From: Octopus vulgaris
Taxonomy: Eukaryota
Assembly: GCA_951406725.2 (NCBI GenBank)
Contig: OX597826.1
Coordinates: forward strand, 55,304,001 to 55,368,000
DNA: 64,000 bases
Direction of reading: 5' to 3'
Shown: one piece after another, positions 26,649-45,839 of the stretch
Numbering within the stretch: the first letter of the stretch is position 1
Layout: every line of letters begins with the position of its first letter
Made by a program: the position numbers and the translations under genes
The notes under the pieces: model-generated
Told to the model about the DNA's origin: nothing
Database searches by the model: none
The model's input: only the letters and a program-made list of their open reading frames with translations

Positions 26649-27189
26649 TGATGATATAATAATAATGATAATAATAATAATAAGAGCAACAACAATAACA
26701 AGGATGCTGATAAATAAGAAGAAGGAGAAGAAACAGCTGCTAATGTTTCTAATATCTGTATTCGCTAAGTGATACGAAATCTATGTAATGCAACTAATTG
26801 ACTGAAGAACATCACTTAGCTATACACACTGGCATATTGTATTGGCGTATCTATATTGTTGAACATCTCTAATGGACACTGGCACCTGTCAAAGAGAATT
26901 AAGCAGTCTTTAGGCAATCGAAGAAAAACCAAAACTTTTAATGCAGACAGATAATGAAGTTCAGAGACGACTCTTGAGAGAAGAACTGAAGTTTTCTTAT
27001 TCAGCTGTAAATAAACACATCGAAGATTCAAGAGCGCTGTTCAAATATTCCGATATTTTTCATATTTACAGCAACATAAATCTTCAAACCAACTGGATCG
27101 ATAACAGAACAGTGTAATAGAAAGATCTTGAGTTCGCATTTCCACAACGTTGAGTTGTACTCTTTATTAGGCATTCTCGGACCAATGAC

Positions 27190-27400
27190 AGAGTTTGTAT
27201 TTGGTTGTGATCGTTGGTTCTGCTACAAGAAGCAGCTGAATTACCCTCACATTTCATTCTGCCCATTTTAACAAAATGCAGTTGGATAATGTTAGACCCA
27301 GAGAGAAGATTGGAAAATGAGATTGAATGATCGTAAACGACTGACATCTGATGAAATGTCTCCAGGATTAGGTCAGACCTGGGGCTAAAGGACAACAACA
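27190..27400 (+). mobile_element. Old diverged interspersed repeat (related pieces near 11180-11340, 11390-11490 and 23960-24120)
   Basis: Shared degenerate motif ctg(c/t)tagaaatagca...ccctcaca...ggataat, ending in ggggctaaa..(aac)n. Family unassigned. Confidence 0.4.
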
Positions 27401-28009
27401 ACAACATGATTGTGTAAGTTAAAATGGTTATGTTGAACAAGATGATGACAGCAGTTTGGCAGAAACTTTACAATGTCGATCTAAATGCATTATGTGTTTT
27501 CCTATTCTCAAATCTCGTCATGGAAAGTTTGACTTTTATCTTACAGGGATCGACAAATGAGTGGAACCCATTTTAACTCATAAGACAAGATGCTCAAGAT
27601 AATTCAAGTGGCATCGAACACCGGAAACAAAATCATAACGAAATTTTAACCGCCCAACCGCGCCTCTAACTATTGTATCATTGACATGCAGTGTTACATG
27701 AAAACACCTGGCCTAGTAGTGAAGGTGATCAGCACATAATCATACAATCGTGGGTTCAATACTTGACCGTGCAGAGAATTATGTCAGTCAGCAAAGTATT
27801 ATATGTTTTGTTGCTAATATTCTAAACGAGTACTAGCCCGGTGTTGGTGTCGAATTCTCCCCCGCCAGCAGTTACGACTGAGACTTTTTGCTGTTCAGCG
27901 ATGACGGGGCCAGGAAGGTATTTCAATTTTCTCCCGAATACATAGAAACCTAAAGCATTTAGTAAAAGTACACAAACATATTCACACACATACACATACA
28001 TATATAAAT

Positions 28010-28168
28010 ATATACGACGGGCTTCTTTCAGTTTCCGTCCACCAAATCCACTCATAAGGCTTTGGTCGGTTCGAGGCTGTAGTAGAAGACACTTGCCCGA
28101 GATGCCACTGAACCCGGAACTATGTGGTTGGTAAGCACTACTTACCACACAGCCACTCCTACACCTAT
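28010..28168 (-). mobile_element. SINE family A 5' half
   Basis: acgacgggcttctttcagtttccgtcc...cacacagccactccta. Confidence 0.88.
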
Positions 28169-28345
28169 ATGATTACTAAACATGAAGAAACAGAATCGAA
28201 GATGACTGAATTGATGGCTGACATGGGCTGGTTCTCAGCATCGGTGTGTCAGTTGTTAGGAAACATAGATGAAAAATAACAAGAGTGTTACCTTACAATA
28301 AATGGATTCAAACGGAACGTCCAATGGACAAAAGTAGATCGTAAA

Positions 28346-28553
28346 CATGAAGGTGGGGAAAAGTTCCTGTTTTTAAGGGTATCACTAAAGGCATGGTTAG
28401 AGGCCCAGCATTCCGAGTTCTTTTACAGGGCTTAGAAAAACTAAGGGACCTTTACAATAAGTGACTTTGAGAAAGAAATATGTTGAATAAAATCATAATT
28501 GACTCATTCTGCTATAATTTCTTTTACCCAAAACCTATCAGAAACCCCTCGTA
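28346..28553 (+). mobile_element. Mariner-derived non-autonomous element
   Basis: Contains a transposase C-terminal remnant (..SEFFYRA*KN.. / ..KYVE*) and ends in ccctcgta; matches 14581-14777 in reverse. Confidence 0.65.
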
Positions 28554-28599
28554 TGATTGATTGATTGATTCTAGTTTCAGCTCATGAGCTGTGGCCATG

Positions 28600-28644
<45 letters not shown>

Positions 28645-28658
28645 TATGCACACAAACA

Positions 28659-28740
<82 letters not shown>

Positions 28741-29552
28741 AACTATGAAATGTCAGGAGATATGAGATATGAATATACCTCGTATACTACGCAACATCCT
28801 TAGGGTTACGTTTGTTTCGCAAATTACTTCATGTTATATTAATTTTAGCGTAGAAGAAAGTATGCTAACATGTTTGCAGCAATATGCATACTCGGCGTTA
28901 TACAATACAAATGTATATTCACAAATCAAAGCAAATAAAGAAAGCTAGCTCGTCAGATCACCAAGAAGATCAGAGAGTTTGTGTAGTGATTGAAATTTTC
29001 ACGCCACTGCGATCGTCAGCTGAGGGTTCCAGGGGTGTAAACGCAAATCGCGAGAGAAACGCTCAGCCTTACTTTCAATAAAAAGAAAACAAAACATATA
29101 AGTCAAGACTATTTGCAAGACGCAACGAAAATTTTAGGAAAATAAAAATAAGAAATTAGTGGAAATTTTGCCGGTGAATGTATTAAATTATAAGGCAGAA
29201 AAAGAAAGGACTCTCCCCAGATACAAGAGAATATGCTTCAACAAACGAACTCACATAAATAATCTTGCAAACCAAATCCAAAACATATAACCTATTCTGT
29301 ATTGAGCACTCCCCTTTCATTCGTCTTACACACACACACACGCTCACAGGTATATGTATACGGGCAGATGGTGGATATAGCTTACGTTCTCCGTTGACTT
29401 CGTCTATAAAAGGGTTCTGCCTTATATTTCAAGCACTTCCTCTTTTCCTTCTGCATCAATATTATTACAGTACCTTCTGAGTTTTATAAATTTCTAATAC
29501 CATTTACGCTGACGTGAACCATCACAGGCATACTAAATTTAGTGGCTATCTT

Positions 29553-32530
<2,978 letters not shown>

Positions 32531-32664
32531 ATAAATGCACACATACCAGTCATTTCACACACATATGCACACATATAAGTAGGGGCCACATTTAGATACA
32601 CAAACACAAGTGGATGATTGCTTCCATTGACATGCAGAATTTTTCTGTTACATATTGAAATACT

Positions 32665-33821
32665 CTCTACTCTTTTACTTGTTTCAGTCATCTGACTGCG
32701 GCCATGCTGCAACATCGTCTTTAGTCGAGCCAATCGACAGCTGGACTTATTCTTTGGAAGCCTAGTACATATCTTATCGGTTTCTTTTGCCGAACCGCTA
32801 ATTTACGGGGACGAAAACACACCAGCATCGGTTGTCAAGCGATGTTGGGTGGGGGACAAACACAGACACATAAACAAATACACACATATACATATACATA
32901 TCTACATATATACGACGGTCTTCTTTCAGCTTCCATTTACCATATCCACTCACAAGGCTTTGGTCGGCCCGAGGCTGTAGTAGAAGACACTTGCCCAAGA
33001 TGCCACGCAGTGGGACTGAACCCGGAGCCATGTGGTTTGTAAGCAAGCTACGTACCACACAGTCACTCCTGCGCCTATAACAACAGAAACATGCATATAA
33101 AGATGCATGCACACATACAGATGCAGGCACGACTGTGTAGTAAGGAGCTTGCTTCGTAACCACATGGTTCCAGGTTCAGTCCCACTGCGTGGCTCCTTGA
33201 GCAAGTATCTTTATACTATAGCCTCGAGCCGACCAAATCTTTGTGGATAGATTTGGTAGACGGAAACTGAAAGAAGCCTGTCGTATGTATATTTATATTC
33301 TTTCTTTCATTCTTTTACTTATTTCAGTCATTTAAGTGCGGTCATGCTGGGGCACACCTTCAAGAGTTTTAGTCAAAGAAATCGACCTCCCCCCCCACAG
33401 AGCTTACTTTTTGTAAGCGTAGTACTCATTCCATCGAACACCTTTGCCGAACCGCCTAAGTTGCGGGGACATAAACACACCAGTATCGGTTGTCAAGCTA
33501 TGGTGGGGGGACATACACAGACATGCGCATACATAAATATGTACATATGTGTGCGTGTATGTGTACGTGTATGAGTATATGTGTGTGCATGTGCTCGTCC
33601 CACATGACAACCGGTGATAGTGTGTTTGCGTACCTGTAACTTAGCGGTTCGGCAAAAAACTCGATAGATAAGTACTAGTATTAAAAGAATAAGTGCTGGT
33701 GCCGATTAGTTCGAGAAAAATCCTTCAAGGCGGTGCTCCAGCATGGTTGCAGGCAAATGACTGAAGCAAACTAAAGAATAAAAGAATAAAAAATAGAGAA
33801 AAATATACACGCACACACACA

Positions 33822-33870
<49 letters not shown>

Positions 33871-34012
33871 ACACACACATATATATTCTATATTTTATTT
33901 GTTTCAGTCATTTGACTGCGGCCATGCTGGAGTACCGCCTTTGGTCGAGTAAATCGACCCCAGGACTTATTTTTTGTAAGCCCAGTACTTATTCTATTGG
34001 TCTATTTTGCCG
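32665..34012. mobile_element. Cluster of five SINE A copies or fragments in alternating orientation
   Basis: Approximately 32665-33078 (-), 33122-33290 (+), 33310-33530 (-), 33600-33790 (+), 33895-34012 (-). Confidence 0.88.
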
Positions 34013-34049
34013 AATTGCTGGCATTTCCTAAACACATTAGTAAGATATT

Positions 34050-34400
34050 CATTACGGAATCATTCTGACAAACAATTACTTCCTGATCGAAAACACACAC
34101 TCCCGTCAAAAATGTGGTATCGCGATGGGTACCAAAACTGCTCCAGTCCTTGCGAACCTCATATATATTTGTTACTTGTATTTCTAAGAACAGACATTGG
34201 CATCCCGTTGCCAAAAAAAAAAATTCCAGCATTCTAATTAAAGAGTATAAAACCCACAGAATTTTCTCCCCTTATCCTCAGGAACTTGATAACTCCTACC
34301 CCATTTCCTGTTTGACGCATAAACATCCAACCTTCTCGAATAAAACACTACACTGAAACACATGCATCCTAATCCTTCAAACAAGTTTTTCAATGGAATA
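34050..34400 (+). pseudogene. Penelope-like reverse transcriptase remnant
   Basis: IILTNNYFLIENTHSRQKCGIAMGTKTAPVLANL matches the PLE RT motif NNYF...Q..G.AMG...AP..ANL; followed by thumb-like WHPVAKK...HRIFS. Confidence 0.82.
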
Positions 34401-34655
34401 CTATTGAACTTTTAAAGCTTAAAGACACTGTGATGTATTGGTATATTTATTTATTTATTTTAGTATATATTTACTATTTTTTTGAGAAAAAAACATTATT
34501 TTTTTCCCCTTTCTCATCTTGAAAATTTGCCATGCAATGAAAGCCACTTTGAAATCCATTTTAATCTTTCTTACACAATTTATATCAAAATTTGCTTTCA
34601 GTTTAGCATTCTGCTTTATTATTATTTTTTCCTTCATTTCTCCAACATTTACTGA

Positions 34656-34723
<68 letters not shown>

Positions 34724-34734
34724 TATATATGTAT

Positions 34735-34790
<56 letters not shown>

Positions 34791-34945
34791 GTATATCTAT
34801 CTATCTATATGTATATAGATAGATAGACAGATATATACGATGGTCGTCCACTCGTGACCGAGGAAGACCATTGCTGACTTTCGGGAACATTGTACGCTCC
34901 AGGACTAACTTTTATTTTGCATTTGTGGTTCCGTTGGTGTCTAAT

Positions 34946-34996
<51 letters not shown>

Positions 34997-35297
34997 GACA
35001 CATACATACGGAGACTGGCATGCACACACACACGTACCTAGCGTATGTTACAAAGTCATGCACAGATGCATTCTCGCATATACACACAAGGGTCCACAAA
35101 CTCACTCTGACACATGTGTATACGAACAAACAAGTGCACATGTACACATACATACTCGTACACAAGCACATATGTTACATTCTTCTCTTTAACACCCTAA
35201 CCATTCTCCCTGTCTCTGTCTCCCTTCTCTGCTTGCTTATGGGTCTCTCTGTCTGTCTACCATGGGAATAATGTCTATACTTAAATACTCTCACATA

Positions 35298-35740
35298 TGG
35301 CGGCGCGCTGGCGGAATCGGTTGCGCGTCGGGTAAAATGCTTAGCTACATTTCGCCCGTTTTTACGTCCTGAGTAAAAATTCCGCCAAATTTTGCCTATC
35401 ATCCTTTCGTGGTCGACGATGTAAGTACCAGTTGAGCACTAGTATCGATGTAATTGTCATGGCCCCTTTACCCAAATTTCAGGACTTGTGCCTATAGACG
35501 AAAGGATGGTCAAACACAGGCATACGTTCCACCTTATTCTAAAGCAACGAGCTGTCCGAATCGTTAGCACTACGACAAAATGTTTACACGATGTTTCTTC
35601 AGGCTTTACAGTCTGGTTTCAAATCCCGTCCTGGGCAGCTCTACCTTTTCGATAAAATAAATACCATGCTAGCCGTTAGATCAGTTGTAATCGAAATTGC
35701 TCCCACGCAGTAAAAATTGCTCGACTTATTCCAAAATTAG
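35298..35740 (+). mobile_element. Two decayed SINE family B copies
   Basis: Heads ggcggcgcgctggcggaatcg and gcaacgagctgtccgaatcgttagc with core remnants. Confidence 0.75.
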
Positions 35741-36313
35741 AAAAAATATTTTCAAACACACACATACACAAATACGCTCACGCATTTATACACATACATA
35801 TATATTTATTTATATACATATGTGTGTGTGTGTTCGTGTCTTGAAGACTGCCCGATTCCATCCATTGCTACTCAGAGTTCCACATACGCAAATTACAAGG
35901 AACATTGTCAGAAGGATCGCATGTATAGTTTACATATTTGAAACTGCAAGAAGCCGTGGAGTAAATCATTACATGTTATCCTATAATCATTTCGATGCCA
36001 TGTGTTTAGTGCTCTGTTTTTTGTTATTGTTTTTTATGTATAATACATAGATACAACATATATATATATATACGCATACATATATATATGTGTGTGGATG
36101 CATTTATATATGTAAATATATCTTATACTCCCTCTTTCCCTCTGTCTGTCTGTCCGTCTCTCCATCTACCTATCTATTTGCTCATCCATCTCGCTTACAC
36201 CAACTAATTCATTCACATACATAAAATATTCGCTAGTTGTTCCTCTCCCTCGCCTTTATAAACTCTCACACAAATACACATAAATACAACTACACACATA
36301 CATATGTAAACTG

Positions 36314-36357
<44 letters not shown>

Positions 36358-36688
36358 CTTCACTAACACACACACATATATATAAGATATTCGCTCTTTG
36401 TTTCCCTTCATTCTTTCATTCTACATCCAAATTCACAAATTCACATATATTACAAGAGCATTCGCTGTTATTTGTCCTAAAAAAGAGCTAAAATGTAAAT
36501 AAAATTGAAAAACAAGGCGAATAAAAACTTATATAAAATATTAGATATTTTCTAATATAAGTCTAAATTTAGACGAAGACATAGAATTTCCAAAGATATT
36601 ATAAATAGTCGGCATTGAAATGGTTGAAGTAATTTCGAATTGGCAGTCTACATTTTTATATTTGTTTGCGTTTTACTTTATTCATAGT

Positions 36689-36742
<54 letters not shown>

Positions 36743-37689
36743 GTGTGTAATTGTTATTCGTCTTTTGTGTATGTAGATATGTTTTTCTATTTTATCCTGT
36801 CTCCGTAGTTACAGGACCCGACACACCCTAAAGTTACCGAACCCGTATATATAAAAGGAGGCGCATTTGTTTTCATTAGAGAAAATAACTGAGATAATAA
36901 TATGTACCTCATCCCAAGAGACAATGCTGAAAATATATTTATTAAAATTTTATTTACGGTGACTTTGAATGTTTTTGAAATAGCAATGTTCGTTGTTTTT
37001 ATTCATTTTAAAAACTTGTAAGTTTACCCATAAAATATTATTATACAAACCATAACTCCCACCATTGAGAGAGGATATGGTATAATATAATATAGAAATT
37101 AACGATACATACAAATTTAATTACGAGCTACACGATATAAAAGAGAATATCTAACATTAAAATAGACAGACATACTAGCAACAGCGACGGATATACATAT
37201 ATATGTAGAGGATACCGATATAAAAATATGATAAACTGCCATCCGCATTCACAGCCACTACCACCAAAATTATCTATTGGGGATACCTCTATAAATTAAA
37301 TTCAATAGAGTAGACAGAATAATATGAGATGAACAGATAGAATAACAAAATCAAAGATGCATTTACATACATACAGATTCACTGATATCTATATTCACAC
37401 ATGCATACATATACATACATACATGCACACATTCATGGTCATAACCACACAGATACGCCAACATTGCCATTATAAACAACACACATGTAACCGAGAATAA
37501 ATACATAGACATAGATATTCATTCATGCTTGCGTTTGCTCATTGATGTCTATCAAATATAATACTAAACATCTTTAATTGTGGATGCTTTGAGAACAAAA
37601 CATCTTTATCGTTGATGTCTATTTTCCGGTTGTAGATGGGGTATGAAAATATTTGCTTGGGGTTTCCGAGGGTATTCCTGTGTCCACTG

Positions 37690-38270
37690 CTGCTTTCCAG
37701 TAAAAATGGTTTCCAGTTTAGGAAGAAAGCCACCGATTTTGAGGGAAGGGACTGAATTGACGTCACACTTCCTTTATTCTATCGACGTCGAAAAAATGAA
37801 CAGCAAAGTTGACCTCGGCAAGATTTCAACTTAGGACGTAAAGAGGTGGAGCAAATAACACAAGGTATTCTTTCCAACACAAATGACTCTGTCAACGCAC
37901 CGCCCTTCATCCAAAAAATACTACTTGTTATTCATTAAGGCAGGAGACAAGCAATTCTGAGGAGAGGTGGCTTAACCAATTACATAGCCTCCAATATTTG
38001 ATTGCTCCTTTATTTATCGACTCCGGAAAGTTGATCGGCGAAGTTGTCCTTGATAGAACTTGAAAACAGAATGCACAGAGCTGGAACTTATGCCGCAAGT
38101 ATAATGATTCTGCCAGCCCTCCAACTTTGCAATAAAGGTTTGAAATTTTGGCACAAGGCCAGCATGACGGGAGGCGATAGACGATTACGTCGACCTCAGT
38201 ATTCGACTCGTACTTATTTTATCGACCATGAAAGGATGAAAAGCAAAGTCACCCGCAGTGGAATTTGAAC
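37690..38270 (-). mobile_element. Cluster of decayed SINE family B fragments
   Basis: Three reverse cores of the form atcgac...aa.g.tgaa..gcaaagt..acc. Confidence 0.7.
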
Positions 38271-38329
38271 GTAGAAAACAAAGCTGACATCACTCTTGTA
38301 ATAGCGAATGCGTTCATTCTTCAACATTA

Positions 38330-39240
38330 CTGGTAATGACGTATGTCGCTTTTAAAGAATTACGGTTGCTTTTTTCCAAAATAGACTTTAGTTGGTTTTC
38401 GAACTACGCCTTGCCTTTAGTCATCAAACCCGGTATTGGCTATGGTGTAATGGGTTGTACATAATCATACGAGGGAGCGTGATGAATCTCACAAACACAC
38501 TACATGTCCGAGCCGACTCAAGGGATGTCTACACAGTGTGAATTCAAGACTACTGATATTGATTCGACAGTGTCCGTTTTTGTTGAAGTAAACAAATTGT
38601 CCTATCTCTCCTGGTGAGTGAAAGAATCATCTGGAGACAGTATATGTGTCGATCGTAATTTTTCCATATGTGCCACTCTTACAGGATATAAGAAACACAG
38701 GCTGGTTGTTATACGCATGCAATGGTATGACGAATGATACTGAAAAAGTTTCTTTCTGAATCTTCCAAAGTTAACCGAGGTTTATCTGTGTTAGTTTATA
38801 TTCTTTTTATCCAATGAGCTTTTACAGTAAATGATGCTACCTGGATACCTGAATAGATAAGAAGATCGGTGCAGCGTGTAATTGACAAATGACCATAACT
38901 TCTTTGGCGCTGAATCTCAAACCCATTCCATTAGAAACTGAATTAGCTGCTTAGATGAGAGCCCTAAAGGCTTCTAATATGTGAGTCTGCACGCCACAGG
39001 TATAAGCATATTGTAGCCCAATGATCTATTAAGAGCTGAGTTTTCTTAGTGGTCTCAATGCTTCTGCGGTTGAAAAGGCTCTCATTGAAACAAATTTTCA
39101 TATTGGTTATGCGTTTCCATCCTTCTGTATAACAATGTGATTGCACAGATGTGAATGATGTTAAACAATATAGAACCTGCCTTTGATATGAAAATTGCTT
39201 GCTAATGAGCTGTAAAGCGAAAATTACACTGTAGCCCAGG
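38330..39240 (-). pseudogene. Decayed RTE (BovB-like) reverse transcriptase C-terminal half
   Basis: Minus-strand pieces SLFNRRSIETTK, GMGLRFSAKEVMVICQ, RYPGSI, NFGRFRK, LGHVV, FENQLK align in order with RTE LFN.RRL..TK / GL.IS.KKT.VM.Q / YLGS / FGRL / W.GHV / FKDQLK. Confidence 0.7.
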
Positions 39241-39512
39241 TTGAATATATTAAACAATAGATATCCACGTAATTTTATAATGATTCAACACATTTCAATT
39301 GAGCATAAATATCGACAACTTAAGATATAAGATAACCGTAACAAAAGAGAGATCTAGGTTGTACGGAAGCATATAACCTCACGTTACTGTTTTTATATTA
39401 ACAAAAATGAAGCAAATATAAGCATTTGTGGTTTTTCCAAATGCATGTAGACCAAATACTTCATTGGCTTCACGTACCAAGCAAAACTATCTATCTATCT
39501 ATCTATCTATCA

Positions 39513-39555
<43 letters not shown>

Positions 39556-39617
39556 CACAGGTGTAGATATTCATACACATGCATATACATACGTATGTAT
39601 CTATGTATGTTTATAAA

Positions 39618-39718
<101 letters not shown>

Positions 39719-40701
39719 GGAAGAGAGGTGTGTGTGTGTGTATGCAAACAATAGAGTTAAGCAAAACAAGAAAAGTAGAAAAAAGAAAGAGGAGTAAAGA
39801 GAGTGAAATAACGGAATAAAAGACGGGACAATTTAGAAAAGAGAAACAAACGGGGAATGAAATTACAAAGAAACAGACACAGAAAAGACTACTATCTTCG
39901 AGTGAAATTGCTCCAGTGTAAAAAGCAGTAAAACATATCTAATGCAATACAGGTAGAGTTCTGAGGCTTAGATCAAAGCTGGGAGTCCAGAGGTGAAATC
40001 CCGGAGACGTTCCTATAAATATTCATTATGTAATGTGAGAAAGAAAGAAAGTGTTTAAAAAACAGCACAAAACCATCGCGGATAAAGCAATGTACGATAA
40101 GACTATGTATAGTAAACCTAGAATATCAGTTATATTTCCAATTAGTTTGTAATTAGAACCTCAGCGACACACAACTATGTTTCAAAGATTGCAATTTGAA
40201 TTTATTGCGTGCTAACAAGAGGAAAAGAAATTCTATTAATGTTGGTACTTACCACTGAAGTTAACATTTTCGGATTGTCAGTCACTCATATATATTGCAT
40301 AGAATACTAACTGAAACCGCTTTTAAAACATATCATACACAACATTCTCATTCGTTCAAATATCGAATCAAGATCAATTCTTCCTCATTATCGAAATATA
40401 CTTGGTCTAAAATACAGAGGTGAAAGCAATCCCATAATACAATGGAATATAACTTCAAAGGGGAAACTATACAATTGTCGCTGTAATAATTGCAATTTAT
40501 GCATGTATATTCTTACATGGCTATTAGATTACCTTATTATTACGGCTCAGTATAATTCATAGAACACTATTACTACAACATAAAGATATATTTACAGATA
40601 TTCAGAATACACACATACATGCATTCATATACGAAAATGTGTATGTTGTGTGCATATGAATACATATATATATATATGTGCGTGTGTGTGTGCGTATAAT
40701 A

Positions 40702-40768
<67 letters not shown>

Positions 40769-41084
40769 GTATGTGTGTTAGTGCATCACTATGAATGAAT
40801 ATAAACATAACGAAAATAATAATAATATGAAAAATACAGAAACACGTGTGACCTATTTTTATTTTACGCCTCTTTACAAACTGGGGAAGCACTTGTAAAA
40901 CCTGCAGCAGACATATTTATTGAACTTTGTTTCGTCTTCACTGAATATATTTGCATGAAGGCTTTCAATACGTTAGAATCTTTCCTATTGTGTTTGAAGA
41001 AAGAACATCAACAAGTGTATAAATATAACACCATTTAACGTGTGGTGTAGAGCGGAGGTGAAGTGAAATGTAAGGATCGACGAA

Positions 41085-43020
<1,936 letters not shown>

Positions 43021-43330
43021 TGCCGTTTCATTATATGCATCACCACCGAGCACCACAACTAGAAGCCGCCTCATCGGAGTAGCGCTCATTGCAAGAAATA
43101 TCGTATCGAATTACATTGGAATACGTGTTTCATAACTATGTACCATGCAAGAAAAATGGTATGTTCGAAAAATTCTTCACGTTGAAAGCAAGAGATACCG
43201 TCAAGTGTTCCTGCAAGATCCTCCTACCAATGTATATTGGGAATAGTTCCTCCAAGAAACCTCCAAAGTACCACAGTAGTGTGGCCACTTGTCAAAGAGA
43301 CCAAGGAGAATAGACCCGTATACCTTAATG

Positions 43331-43562
43331 GGGCGGCGAGATGCCAGAAACGTTAGCACGCCGGGCGAAATGCTCAGCGGTATTTCGTCTGCCGTTACGT
43401 TGTGAGTTCAAATTCCGCCGAGGTCGACTTTGCCTTTCATCCTTTCGGGGTCGATAAATAAAGTACCAGTTACGCACTGGGGTCGATGTAATCGACTTAA
43501 TACCTATGTCTGTCCTTGTTTGTTCCCTCTATGTTTAGCCCCTTGTGGGTAATAAAGAAATA
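43331..43562 (+). mobile_element. SINE family B, full length, young
   Basis: Complete head, core and ...gtaataaagaaata tail. Confidence 0.93.
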
Positions 43563-43899
43563 GGTATTTCTAACTGAAAGGCAAAAATTAGTTTCTGCGA
43601 GATTTGAACTCAGAACGCAAAATATCAGGAAAATATTCTATGCCTTAACAATTCTATCAGTCGATCATTCTTCTATATCTATAGTTAGTTTTAATTGCCT
43701 TTTAAACATTAATATCGTTTATCCTTGAGCATGTATTACAAGGGAGAGAAGTATTACTCGTTACAATCCGGGAATAGTTCCTCCAAGAAACCTCCAAAGT
43801 ATCACCGTTCGATTCTTATTTGAAGTTGCTTCACAAAATGTAGTTCAATAATATCATTCGAGATATCGGCACAACCAAATAATTAAGTTCTACATTTAA

Positions 43900-44257
43900 G
43901 AGATGAGGAATTATGTACATTATTTACAATATTTACATTTAACGGATATTTGTCCTCATCTTCAATGGAGACATATAGAGAAACTCCATCAAAAACTAGC
44001 TCGTCTTTCAAACCATCTAACTTTCCTGTGAAGATGAAAAGACTCAAAGCTAATAGCACCTGGCTTAAAGGATAGGAAAATATTAAATTTATAATTATCC
44101 ACGGGCGTATAGCGTAGTGGTTAAGAGCGCGGGCTACTAACCCCAAGATTCCAGGTTCGATTCCAGGTAGTAATATTTATAATAACATCGAAAAATACCT
44201 TAGGAATGAGAACCCAGGTTCTAAATTTCCCCAAGACACTTGATGAAGGCTGGAGGG
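43900..44257 (+). mobile_element. Penelope-like element remnant (family 1), second copy
   Basis: 43900-43962 is the inverted pLTR end. WRHIEKLHQKLARLSNHLTFL resembles a PLE ORF N-terminus. tRNA-like cassette at 44103-44168; truncated hammerhead gacacTTGATGAaggctggaggg at 44235-44257. Confidence 0.82.
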
Positions 44258-44599
44258 CATAAAGGCTGCTGTAGTTACCTGACATGCAATATCTACATCG
44301 CGCAAGAAATATGAAATGTGAGTCTCAGTTATGTATGACATAGCTCAGATCAATGGATCCGTGACTTGCACTTAGTTGACTATTTAAAACCCATAAATGG
44401 GCAAAGCAAATGCTGATAATGGTTTAAAGGTAAACAATAACAAGAGAAGTAGCAACAGCAAGAAGGAGAACGGCAGCAGTAGCAGCAGCAGCAGCAGCAG
44501 CAGCAGCTTCTACAAGAATGGTCGTGACGTTCGTATCATTAGATGATATATTCAACCAGTAAATCGCTTTACGTACTTAAGTTCTTCGTCCCTTATGAA

Positions 44600-44950
44600 G
44601 CGTAACCTACTTACAGTCGTTCTGCTGTATTCTCGGCTCAGAACTGTCATTAAGGCGTAGCATATCTATCTCTGAGGGAAGACCCTCCTCTCCTAGATTT
44701 TGTTGCTTTTAATTGTCATTAATGCTTCTGTAACTTTGGTTGTTCTACGTAGGGATGTTGTCCCTACGTAAGCTCATTTTTTCCTCTGAAGAAAGGCAGT
44801 CCACATTGGGCTGGCATATTTTCTTTGATCTCTCCAGCGTGAGAGTCCCCACCAGAAGCTTGCTCTGCGCTGACATAGTTCTCAGTCACTGAGGCATACA
44901 AGCCACTCCAGCGTATCGAGGACTGGATCTTGTAGTGGTAGCTGTTCACT
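44600..44950 (-). pseudogene. Decayed LINE fragment (region upstream of RT domain 1)
   Basis: SRWRDQ...KVTEALMTIKSNK/GEEGLPSE resembles RW.EHF...EV..A...K.NKAPG.DGLP.E. Confidence 0.55.
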
Positions 44951-45379
44951 AAAACACCGCAAAACGGTTTCGATTCTAGTTTGAATCCAATTTATCTCAC
45001 TATTGTCAGTAAATGTCTCTGGAGAAAAAAGAAATCATAAACGAGACAACACACTCTAATTTGCTGTTGTTTAAATTACTATAACTTTCAGCCTTGTAAA
45101 AATATATATATATAAATAAATAATAAAGAAGTAAACGAAAATGAAACGATACATTACATTACTCTATATTGCCAGTAAACTGGTTCGATCCTTACTTGAA
45201 ATCAATTCACTTATACGTCGTACTAATGTTCTTGAGGAAAACCAGATATGTCACAGATTGTAACTACTCATTTGTCTGTATATCAATGAACTTGTGTCGC
45301 AGAAGTAATCGATATTAGGCCCTCCTACCCCTCTATAAATATATTATACACACTTACCTACACATATCTGCGCATATGC

Positions 45380-45450
<71 letters not shown>

Positions 45451-45839
45451 CATATGTATATACATACATAATACATATGTATATATATACATATATATTC
45501 ATACTTACAAACATACATTCACATTCAGACATACACACATTCACACATCTATATAGATATAGATGTATCTACGTCTATGTAGTAACAGGCATACATACGG
45601 TGTATAGATTGAAATTGAAAAGAAATCGATATCGACATCATTGATAATCAAAATATGGTTTGTTTTCTTCCTTTGTTATTCAGTTTCAAATATTCACTTT
45701 CGTTACTTTAGGGGATTTCCTCGTATAAAACCATCGATAGATACATGATAAATACAATACGGAAGAAGATAAAAAAAATGAGAAAACAAATATTTTATAA
45801 TATGTATAAAATATATAAATGAAAATTGTAGTACAGTAA

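Noticed and set aside
44103-44168. Possible tRNA gene (ACT anticodon)
   Set aside because: No proper acceptor stem or terminator, an atypical anticodon, and embedded in a Penelope repeat; treated as a tRNA-derived cassette.
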